Assembly: GCA_977018835.1 (NCBI GenBank)
Contig: OZ361258.1
Span: forward strand, 3,348,001 to 3,412,000
Direction: 5' to 3'
DNA from: Minutocellus sp. GHC0000111
Taxonomy: Eukaryota
Length of the DNA stretch: 64,000 nucleotides
In this document: piece by piece, positions 51,545 through 60,666 of the stretch
Position numbering within the stretch: position 1 is the stretch's first letter
Layout: each line of letters opens with the position of its first letter
Notes under the pieces: generated by a model
What the model saw: the letters and a program-made list of their open reading frames with translations, nothing else
Databases searched by the model: none
What the model was told of the DNA's origin: nothing
Translations under genes and position numbers: made by a program

Positions 51545-52571
51545 TCAGGCCCGAGAGGTGCTTGACCCTCTCCTCACTGCTTTCACGTCCTCTTGAGCGT
51601 TGTGGCAGGCGCGGTAGATTGCACGGAGTTCTTCTTTCGCAATGAACTGCTTTCCGGGCAGCGTGCCATCGGCATCGTTGTAGATCGCCTTCAGCTTATT
51701 GAGCGATTCCTGGTTGCCAGCTTGGGCGGCCACTTTCCAATGGCGGATCCCGATCTCATGGTTTCCCGATAGGTATTCCAGCCTGCCGATCTGGCTCCGT
51801 GAAACGATGCAACCTCGCCATGCGCCCGGCCCGCATGAAGAACATCATCCGCTCAGTGTTGCTACCCATGATGCCCCTTCCAAGATAGCAGTTGGCCACG
51901 TATTTGCAGGATTCCGCCGAACCAAGCTCGACGGCACGCAGGTGGTACTGCGTCGCCTTGAGGTTGCCGTCCCCTTGATCCTTGTTGTTGTAATAATGCG
52001 TTCCCAGCTTGTAGCATGCCTTCGGGTCATTCTTGTCGGCCCTCATCTCCAGCTGACGGACATACCGACCAGTATCGAAATCCCTGCCACCGCCCAAGGC
52101 CTTGGCACCGCCCGCAAGAAGGGAAAGCGGCTCCCAGGAGATGGGTTCCCTGCAGAACGGACAGACGAGCCCGGTCGCCGCGGCCTGCTGGGCGTCGTTG
52201 GTCGTCTCCATCTGCCGGAGGGCGGCGTGGGCACTTTCGGCGTCGCACCCGTTGCATATGCTGTTCCCGCAGCAGGGCTTGTACACGAAGTTCCACTCGA
52301 GGCGGGAGAGGGGGAGGAGGCAGATGGCGCACACGTCCGACGGCGGCGGTGGAGCGAAGAGGTCGATGCCCCGCAACTCCTCTTGCAGCTGTGCGACGAT
52401 CGCGTCGAACCGGCTGCCCAGTGCCTTGCGGGCAGCGAGCCTGTCGGCCCTCTTCCCCTTCTTACCCATTCTTGCCTTCTTGATGATCAGATGGTATGCA
52501 TACGACCTCGCTCGTTGGTGGACCGGCGAGAGGTCGGCTGCTGCTTGCCTGCTTGCCGATGCCATCGCCAT
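51545..52571 (-). pseudogene. RING-like Zn finger plus Sel1-like repeat protein, frameshift at about 51826
   Basis: CAICLLP...PCCGNSICNGC...CPFCREP, then ACYKLG, RAVELG and, after the shift, GIRHWKVAAQAG. Confidence 0.75.
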
Positions 52572-53232
52572 GGCATTCTTCGGAAAACATCCGGATTACG
52601 CCTCTCAACAACACATGATTTTATTGAGAGCGAGGAACCATGGCCGGGCAGGAAGGATTTACTTGCACTTGCGTTGGGCTTCCCACCGCTAGTTCAGAGC
52701 GTCGACGCTTTCAATACAAGCGAAGACACCATTTACGCCGGTAGTTTAATGCTGGCCAACAGCGCCATGTGTCGATGTCGCGCCCCAGCCCCTTGACGCA
52801 CGCACAGTTGCACACTTGTTTGCGGTGCGTCGTGTTTTCAGCGATTGATTGATGATGGTACTGTTTGGTGACCAACAGTACCGAAACTAGCTGGAATGAA
52901 ATGCAAACAACGACGAAAGCCTGTGTGCATAGCATATCGGCAAGATACGCTAAATTGCACATGATGTGAAACTCCGGGTTCACTCGTGCCGAGGTCGACG
53001 ATGAGAATTCAATGCGAAGCCAATGCGAAGCATGTGAATGAAAAACAGCAAAGTGAGGACAGCAACAGAGCAAAACTACGGTGCAATCGAGCTCATTATT
53101 CGAGATATCGAAACAACAAACACGTGAGAGACTGTGGATACCGCAAGTCCACCGATCCAACCCAAGAGCATCGACAGAACTTCCTATCGATCCCATCAGA
53201 AGAGCCTCCAAGTCAATTCCAGATCCTTTGCA

Positions 53233-55304
53233 ATGGCAAACGTCGTTGTGAAGCCCGTTCCCGACCTCCACACTCACCAGGCAGCTAGTACGCAGTCCGA
53301 TGAGCGCCTCTTCCGCTTGAGGGCTGGTTATTGCCCTGGGTGTGGGAGGCAGACCCACAGGAAGAGGTTTGGCGGTATGGTGAGAGTTCCAATCACCGAT
53401 CGCTACACGTACAAGGGCAGCTGTCTTCGTTGCAATCCCATGCCTGACCTTATCCGAAGTGACCATCCCACCTCCAATCATGGTCAGGAAGGAGCCTCTG
53501 AAGCCGAAATTCTACTCAGGTTGATGAGAGCTCTGGCAAGCGACGATGACGACGACGATGATGACGGCGAAAACTGGCCCGGCAACATCAGAAAGGGCAG
53601 CCACGTCCGATGTGTCGGGACGAGCTATGGTGCTGGTAACGTCCATATTGGCGACATCGGTGTCGTTCAGGCCCGCGATTCTGATGGCGACTACAAGGTC
53701 GACTTCCCAAAGAAGGATGGCTGGCTTGCCCGCACTCGAGATGTCGTCCTCGACGACACCGCCGAGAAGATCGAGAGGGGATCTCTGGTCCGCTTCAAGC
53801 CCGACATCACAACCCCTGTCTTGTGTCAACAAGGACCTTGGTCCGAACCCCTCAGCATCGACGAGTTCAACACGTTCTCCAAGTCAGGACTCACTGCCTT
53901 GGTGGCTGATGTGCGTCATGACGGAATTGTTGCTCTGAGCTTCGGGCAGAACTACGAAGGAACCTTTTCGACCGGAATCTTCCTTTCCACGCTTCAGGAG
54001 CTGGAGCCCGTTGATCCTTGCAATATCTCCCCCGTTTGGCCCGGCAGCCTTCAGCTTGGCCAGGCAGTCCGAATCGCTTCCGACATTGAAGAGCCGTCAA
54101 CAGGATGGGGCCCCATCGAGCGAGGTGATGTTGGTTTCGTCCGGGCATACAACGGCGAATCTGGTGGATTTGCATCGACCATCATGTACAAGGTTGACTT
54201 TCCCAAGGCCGACGGATGGGTCGGCCGTGAAGGCGACCTCGAAGTTGATCCCATCGCCAATCGTATCCGTCCAGGCGTTCGGGTTCGCGTACGTCAAGGT
54301 ATTGGTAATCCCAAGGCCGGCTGGGGCAACATCTCCTCGTCCTCTGTTGGCACAGTCATAAAGGTCGATTACGATGGCGTCCCCGTTGTCGTCCGTTTCC
54401 CCGAGCAATCTGAATGGAAAGGCCTTCTATCCGAACTTGAAGCCATCGACCCCCCTCCCTCATCGAAAGCCACGGCTGGTCCAGATGTATCCGAGCTTCG
54501 TGCCATCATCTGTCCTGGTGGACATAAGCTGAAGCGCATCATTGCCCAGGCTCCCATGTGCCTCTCATGCGACTGGTGCAAGGCAAGCATACCGAGTGGA
54601 TCTGTTTGCTACAGCTGCAGACCTTGCAATACAGATGGTCAGTGTATTAGTGTTGTATATTGTTTTCTCATTATGTATGTTATGATCCGTATTATGATCA
54701 AGCATTCATAATCCGTCTCTAATTAATTCACAATTATTACTTCCGGCCTCTCAAAAATGTAGCCTGCGTCATGTGTTATGAAAAGGCATCAGGTTCGTAC
54801 CTCGGTGATGTCTTCACCAACATCTCCGACATGAAGAGCTTCCTCAAGAAACAGGGTGCTGATCTAGAAGGGATCGTCGAAAAAGAAGACCTTCGCCGTC
54901 TTCTTTGGGAGACACAAGTGTATGAACTCACCCCCCAAGAGTTGACTACGTTCATGACTACGAACAGTATCACTTTCGAGCGCACGTGGTGTCTTTCGAG
55001 GAAGAGAGATGCCGCTGCCAATGGTTTCAAGGCAAAGCAGCCTACCCAACCCGATTCACCCTCTCTGACTTCGTCGTCTTCCAATTCTTCCTCGACATCG
55101 ACTTCCCGACCCCTTGATGCCTTTGTCGTCCCTATCTTCCAGGAGGGCGAAGTGGTTCTGCTTACAGGTCTCAAGAAAGACGAGATGAATGGGAAGTCCG
55201 CTACCATTGTTAATGGATCACCTGATGCCGACGGGCGTATCAGGGTGAAAATCGAACATGGAACCGGCTTTAAAGAGTTCCGTGTTAAGCCGGAGAAGTT
55301 TTAG
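53233..55304 (+). CDS. Protein with MIB/HERC2/KEG-type SH3-like repeats, ZZ/C1-like Zn finger and C-terminal SH3/KOW-like module
   Basis: Repeats G..VR.....P..GWG......VG.V....V(D/R)FP....W.G. Intron 54638-54762 completes CDWC...CRPCNTDACVMC. N-terminal CPGCG..TH...CLRC motif. Confidence 0.75.
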
Positions 55305-56244
55305 ACTGAATTACTACGAGTAAACATGATTGATTCTTTAAGCCAAAGTCCATCACAACAAGATTACACAGATTCCGAGATTGATTTGGTTTTGCGGCGC
55401 GTACATACAATGTAATTACAAAAGATTATGAAGACAACCACGTGGAATGGATTATTTATTTGCAACCGGCGGTAACAGTAATATTATTGCTATTAAATTT
55501 ACTATACTGCAATGTATGTATGCACCATGGGAAGTTGAAGTACACGTACGCTGCCACGGAGTTGAGCACAGCATCTCGCTAGAGCCCCGCTGCTTCCAGC
55601 CAGTTTCATTGGTAGAAGGTAGAATACCAACGTAGTTTCAATCTTATTCACTGCGTTGAAAAGAAGTAGACGGATCTATACCGAAAATGATGTAATATAC
55701 ACTCTTCGTCCCCAATGAATAACCCAGGAGTCTGATGAAAGTTTTCTTAAAGCTTGAAGTTTATTGGAAGCAAGGCGAGGACGAATGTATTGAGGCCAAA
55801 CTAATTTTATACTTAATCCAATTTATGTCTTCTACTGTGGGTTCTTCTCCAAATAATTTCAATCTAATAGGTGTGATGTTACTGTGCTTGAACTAACTTT
55901 TTAAATGCCATTATGTTTTCTTTTACTCGTTTACAAATCAAATCATTCATTCCGCGTGGATGTCTCATATTCTTTTCTAGATGTTATATTTCTTCGCCGC
56001 AAAATTCAGTCTAGGACTTCAGCTTCATCATGCTTTGCGTTCTCAGGCTTAACACGGAGCCCTTTGAAGCCGGTTCCGTGTTCGATTTTCACCCTGATAC
56101 GCCCGTCGGCACCAGGTGATCCATTAACAATGGTAGCGGACTTCCCATTCATCTCGTCTTTCTTGAGACCTGTAAGCAGAACCACTTCGCCCTCTTGGAA
56201 GATAGGGACGACAACGGCATCCAGGTTTCGGGGAGTCGATGTCG
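55093..56244. repeat. About 205-bp inverted repeat pair (55093-55297 and 56040-56244) encoding the same domain in two convergent genes
   Basis: Both arms encode VVPIFQEGEVVLLTGLKKDEMNGKSATIVNGSP.ADGRIRVKIEHGTGFK..RVKPE. Confidence 0.92.
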
Positions 56245-57028
56245 CTGTTCGTGAGATTACATCCGTAGTTTGTTCTGGTGCTCTATCATCATATTCCGAT
56301 AAACAATGCACAGGCTTCGTAGTAGTCTCTTCATCATTTATCGCTTTGATTAGAACCTTCGCCGTCTCAGAATGGCCATTCTTGTTCGCAAGGTGTAGCG
56401 GTGTCCTCATTTCACTATCCTTGGCGTTGACGTGGGCCCCTTTCGCAATCAGAGCCATGACCGTCTGGGTGTGTCCATTCTGGCTTGCGATGTGCAGCGG
56501 TGTCCAATTCTGAATATTCTTCGTGATCACATTGGCCCCGGCAGCAATAAGAGCCTCGGCCGTCCCGGTATGGCCATGCTGGCTGGCGAGGTGCAGTGCA
56601 GTGTCTTCTTTTCCCGTCTGTGCCGTGATAGCAGCACCCGCAGCGATCAGAGCCCCGGCCGTCTGGGTGTGGCCATCCCGGCTCGCGAAGTGAAGCGGTG
56701 TCCAATCGTCAATCGTTCTGGCGTTGACATCAGCCCCGGCAGCAATCAGGGCATCGGCCGTCTTGGTATGGCCATTCTGGCATGCAATGTGCAGCGGTGT
56801 TTCCATGTTCTCTGACATGGCATCGACATAGGCCCCGGCAGCAATGAGAGCTTCGGCGATGTCTACAAAGTCCCCACGGCTTGCCTTGTGCAGCGGTGTC
56901 CACCTATTTCTATCTATGGCGTTGACATTGGTCCACTTTGCAATCATGCAATCGACCGTCTCCAGATCACCGCTCTCGGCGGCGGCGAGGAGCGCCGCTG
57001 CGTTTCGGTCTCCGTGAAAGAGAGGCAT
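56006..57028 (-). CDS. Ankyrin-repeat protein with C-terminal SH3/KOW-like module
   Basis: Six (W/E/R)TPLH-type...GH...ALIAAGA repeats in an intact, intronless ORF. Confidence 0.88.
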   Translation of the reverse strand: MPLFHGDRNAAALLAAAESGDLETVDCMIAKWTNVNAIDRNRWTPLHKASRGDFVDIAEALIAAGAYVDAMSENMETPLHIACQNGHTKTADALIAAGADVNARTIDDWTPLHFASRDGHTQTAGALIAAGAAITAQTGKEDTALHLASQHGHTGTAEALIAAGANVITKNIQNWTPLHIASQNGHTQTVMALIAKGAHVNAKDSEMRTPLHLANKNGHSETAKVLIKAINDEETTTKPVHCLSEYDDRAPEQTTDVISRTATSTPRNLDAVVVPIFQEGEVVLLTGLKKDEMNGKSATIVNGSPGADGRIRVKIEHGTGFKGLRVKPENAKHDEAEVLD

Positions 57029-57480
57029 GGCTAATCGAAACAACAATGGACGTGGCTTTCGTTCTTTTTAAGTCGGCAATGAAATAACTTCGTCGAGGTG
57101 CTCTTTTTTCATGGATTGGTTTGGATTATGGGCTGCTGCATGACTGGCATGGGCCTGCTTCGCATCGTCTTTCGATGCAGTCGAGAAAAGACGCTGCTGC
57201 TTCGATTCATTCGGACCGAGGGCCAAAACACGAGCAAGACGTCGTGAGATGCCAAGATCAGATATGATCGCCATTTCATTGTTTCTGCTGCCATCTGCCG
57301 TCGGAGTCACCTTACAGTCTCTTTTGTGATGCGTTAATCTCGTTATCATCTTTCGGCGGCATCTTTGCTTTCGAAATCTTTTGCGCTTCGCCTTGGTCGG
57401 TCGCCGGTCGATTCTCCGGGTTACTTTGGCGGTACCGCCAACTTCCAGCACATCTTGTGCCATTTTGAGAGCGAGGAACC

Positions 57481-60400
57481 ATGGGCCGCTGGAGCGCTGC
57501 CGCCGCGGCCGCCAAGCGCGACTCGGCAGCCAAGGACGACGACGGAGCCAACATGGAGGTGGACGCCCCCACCTCTCCCCGGACGTCCCCCCGCTCCTCC
57601 CCCCGAACCAGCCGCCGCACTGCCGCCGCCAACAAGTCCAAGGGAAAGACAACTCCCGCCAAGGCCAAGCGGGGCAGGGCCAAGAAGGCCGGTCCGACCT
57701 CCTCACCTGCCGGCACAGCGAAGAGAGGACCGACGCCCAAGTCGCGGAGGGGCGGTGGTCCACGGGCCAAATCGTCCTCGCCGGAAAAGTCGGCTGCTTC
57801 GGGTGCCGGCTCCCCCGGAAAGTCGTCGCCGAGCAGGGCCAAGGCCAAGGTCGCCGATGTCGCTGCCGCTGCCACCAGGTCCGGTTCGCCGGCCAAGAAG
57901 AAGGCAGAAGCCGACAATGCCAGCGCCGCCAGCAAGACGGCGGCTCCCTCCGCCGCAAAGCAGCGGGCTGCGCCGAATACCAGCAAGGCATCCGCTGCGC
58001 CGGCCGCAACTGCCAAACCGGCGGTGACGGCGGCCGCAACTGCCAAGGCGGCGGAAGATACCATCGGCACTGGCAATGACGAGACCACCGCTGCAAAGAG
58101 GGATAATGCAAAGAAGGAGGCAGATGCTGCCGCTAAGGAGGCCAAGTCGGTGGCGGCTGCAAGTGCAAGCACAGGCACTGCCAGTGCGGGCAAGACGGCG
58201 ACCGATAGGGCGGCCCAACCGGCCTCGGCAAGAGCTGCCGCCAAGAAGGTGCCCGAGGACAGGGCGGCCGACAAGACCGCCGCATCTGCTGCTGCTGCGT
58301 CGAGGGCACCCTCCTCGTCATCGGCAAAGTCACCGGCGGCGAAGTCGGCAGCGAAGCAGGAGGCAAAGCCGCCATCGACAGCCAAGCCGGCGGCAAAGCC
58401 AGCACCAGCGCCAGCCGTGCCGTTCCAGCCCCCGTGCGATCCGTACCGTACCGCGCCCCTCCCCGATCCGACCACCGTGGCCTTGACCCAAAATGTATTG
58501 CGACTATTGCAATTGTACGGACCATTGACGGCCGAGGTGATGGAGTACAATCTGCCCCCCATCCCGCCTTTGCCGTCGAGACGGTTGGTTTCCAAGGCGG
58601 CGGCGAGTGGTGGTGGCGGTGGGGGTGCAGGAGGTGCCAAGGGTGGGAGTACAGGTGGTGTGAGTGCTGGAGGTGGTGCAAAAGGAGTTGGCTCAGCAGC
58701 TGGTACCGGTATTACCGCGGCAGGTATCGGTGGGAAGGCCACCCCGCCCCCTAGTGCCGCCACCGGCACCGCTGGTCCTACCCCGACCGCCGCCGGTATC
58801 CCTTCACGCAGCACCAGTCCCACCCCCCGGTCCACTCTCCCGCAATCCAACGTATCCAATCGGCTGCAATCCGTGCTCGATCTGCTGGTGGCGCTGGGGG
58901 TGGTGGGCATCGTCCGTCCTCCGGCCCAGGTGGCGAAGAAACTGCCGGTGGCGGTGGCGCAGAAGGGTGCACAGAAGGGTGCCGGTGCCAAGCCTGGTGT
59001 GGTGCCCGGCGCTACTAGTACTGGTGCCAAGTCCGGCACTGCTGCGGTTGGGGCTAGCACCTGCGTCGTTGGCAGGCCAGCAGGATCAGGAGCTGCAGTC
59101 AAGCCCGGTATTGGTGCCGGTGCTGGTACTGGTGCAACCGCTGCGACGGCACAGCCTGGTAAGACTGGAGCAGTCGCAGTGGCTGCCGCCGCCCCTGGTA
59201 CTGGCACTACCAGTGCTACCAGTGCTGGCGCCTCTGGAGCTAAGCCCACCGTTGTCGTCGGAACTGTGCCCTCTTCGGCTACTACTAGTGCTGTAGCATC
59301 CAAGCTGCCAAATGCAGCCACATCATCTGCGGCTGCGGCAGCTGCGACGACGAATGCGGCCAAGGCACCGTCCCCGGTACCCGGCGCTGCAGCGGCGCCC
59401 TCCAAGGTTGCGCCGGCTCGTGCAGCACCCAAGGGTGCGGCGAATCCATTGGCCAATGCTAGTACTCCTGCTGCCGCTGCTGCTGCCGCTGCGGCGCAAA
59501 TGGCCAAGCCCACGGGCGGTGCTCCTGGTACTACGCCTGCAGCAGGTGCAACCGCCAAGCCTGCAACGGTCACTTCGACTCCAGGAACAACCCAGCCACC
59601 AAAGCTTGCCGCCGCTCCAGCCTCCAAGCCCCGTCCAAGATCCCCGACGCCCACCGGACCCCCGCGGTACGTATTCCTCGACGGCGTCCCGCGGGCCGAC
59701 ATCATCCTACCCGGCCAGCTCCCCCACCTCATCCGGGAGGCCAACCTCGAGATCTCCCGTTCCAAGGAGCGGAGCTCGATCTTGCGCAGAGAGCTCAAGG
59801 CCGCGGGTCTGTACGCCGAGGAGAACGCCGTTACCATCTCTCTCACAAGATATGGTGAGGATGGGATGGAAATTGATGGTGCGGGAGGAGGCGGCGCCGC
59901 CGGTGGTGCTGGGGGCGGTGCCAATAGCAATCTCATTGAGGGTGCCATTGTCGGACCTGATATGGAACGGAAGCGCAAGCGTCCTGGCAGGAAGCGGAAG
60001 AAGCCCCTGCCTGGTGAGGAGGATAAGGCCAAGACCGCTGGCGGTGCTGCTGCGGCTGCTGGCGATGCCAGTAAAAAGGCAACGAACCCGACCGCAGGCA
60101 CCGCCGATGGCCCGTCCGCCAAGAAGGCCAAGACGGATTCCTCAGCAGCGGCGGGTGCTCCTGCGCCGGGACCGACGAAACCACCGCCGCCCAAACCCAA
60201 AACGGCCAAAGAGGTGCTCCGTCGCATCTTGAAGAAATATCCCGAGATTATCGATGATCCGGTATACGTGGCGGCCCTGCGCAATGTTGGATTGGAGGTG
60301 CCATCATTGCAAGAAATGCAGCAGCTACTCATTAGGCAGAGGATGGCCGCCGCTGCCGCTCGGAATGACGACAGGGCCAAGAAGAGTAGCGGCGGCAATG

Positions 60401-60549
60401 CTGCTGCTCAAATTGAAAAGGCCGGAAAAGGTGCAAAGCCAAAGCAATCAGAGGACAAGCCAAAGGCGGCTGTCATTGTGGAAGATGCTCAAACAAGAAT
60501 GAGAAGGGAAGCTCGTGAGCTCATGTTGGCTGTTGGAGAGGTTGCCTGA
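57481..60549 (+). CDS. Ala/Lys/Pro/Gly-rich low-complexity, probably nuclear, protein
   Basis: 1022-aa ORF with ordered islands (VLRLLQLYGPLT, VLDLLVALGVV, EVLRRILKKYPEI) and NLS-like RKRKRPGRKRKK. Confidence 0.7.
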   Translation: MGRWSAAAAAAKRDSAAKDDDGANMEVDAPTSPRTSPRSSPRTSRRTAAANKSKGKTTPAKAKRGRAKKAGPTSSPAGTAKRGPTPKSRRGGGPRAKSSSPEKSAASGAGSPGKSSPSRAKAKVADVAAAATRSGSPAKKKAEADNASAASKTAAPSAAKQRAAPNTSKASAAPAATAKPAVTAAATAKAAEDTIGTGNDETTAAKRDNAKKEADAAAKEAKSVAAASASTGTASAGKTATDRAAQPASARAAAKKVPEDRAADKTAASAAAASRAPSSSSAKSPAAKSAAKQEAKPPSTAKPAAKPAPAPAVPFQPPCDPYRTAPLPDPTTVALTQNVLRLLQLYGPLTAEVMEYNLPPIPPLPSRRLVSKAAASGGGGGGAGGAKGGSTGGVSAGGGAKGVGSAAGTGITAAGIGGKATPPPSAATGTAGPTPTAAGIPSRSTSPTPRSTLPQSNVSNRLQSVLDLLVALGVVGIVRPPAQVAKKLPVAVAQKGAQKGAGAKPGVVPGATSTGAKSGTAAVGASTCVVGRPAGSGAAVKPGIGAGAGTGATAATAQPGKTGAVAVAAAAPGTGTTSATSAGASGAKPTVVVGTVPSSATTSAVASKLPNAATSSAAAAAATTNAAKAPSPVPGAAAAPSKVAPARAAPKGAANPLANASTPAAAAAAAAAQMAKPTGGAPGTTPAAGATAKPATVTSTPGTTQPPKLAAAPASKPRPRSPTPTGPPRYVFLDGVPRADIILPGQLPHLIREANLEISRSKERSSILRRELKAAGLYAEENAVTISLTRYGEDGMEIDGAGGGGAAGGAGGGANSNLIEGAIVGPDMERKRKRPGRKRKKPLPGEEDKAKTAGGAAAAAGDASKKATNPTAGTADGPSAKKAKTDSSAAAGAPAPGPTKPPPPKPKTAKEVLRRILKKYPEIIDDPVYVAALRNVGLEVPSLQEMQQLLIRQRMAAAAARNDDRAKKSSGGNAAAQIEKAGKGAKPKQSEDKPKAAVIVEDAQTRMRREARELMLAVGEVA

Positions 60550-60666
60550 TACGCTTTGTCTGCTGCGTATATTACTGATAAAAATTCAGGTAATCTTATT
60601 AGAATTATCTTACAAAGAACACACATTACATGCAAACACAGAGCACCATTAAGGCCGAGCAAGAAG

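Noticed and set aside
28300..57050. Endogenous giant virus or bacterial contamination
   Set aside because: No capsid, polymerase or packaging genes and no operon structure. The island includes an intron-containing gene and eukaryotic TEs.
57312..60398. 1028-aa antisense ORF
   Set aside because: Mirror of the GC-rich low-complexity plus-strand ORF. No domain-like content.
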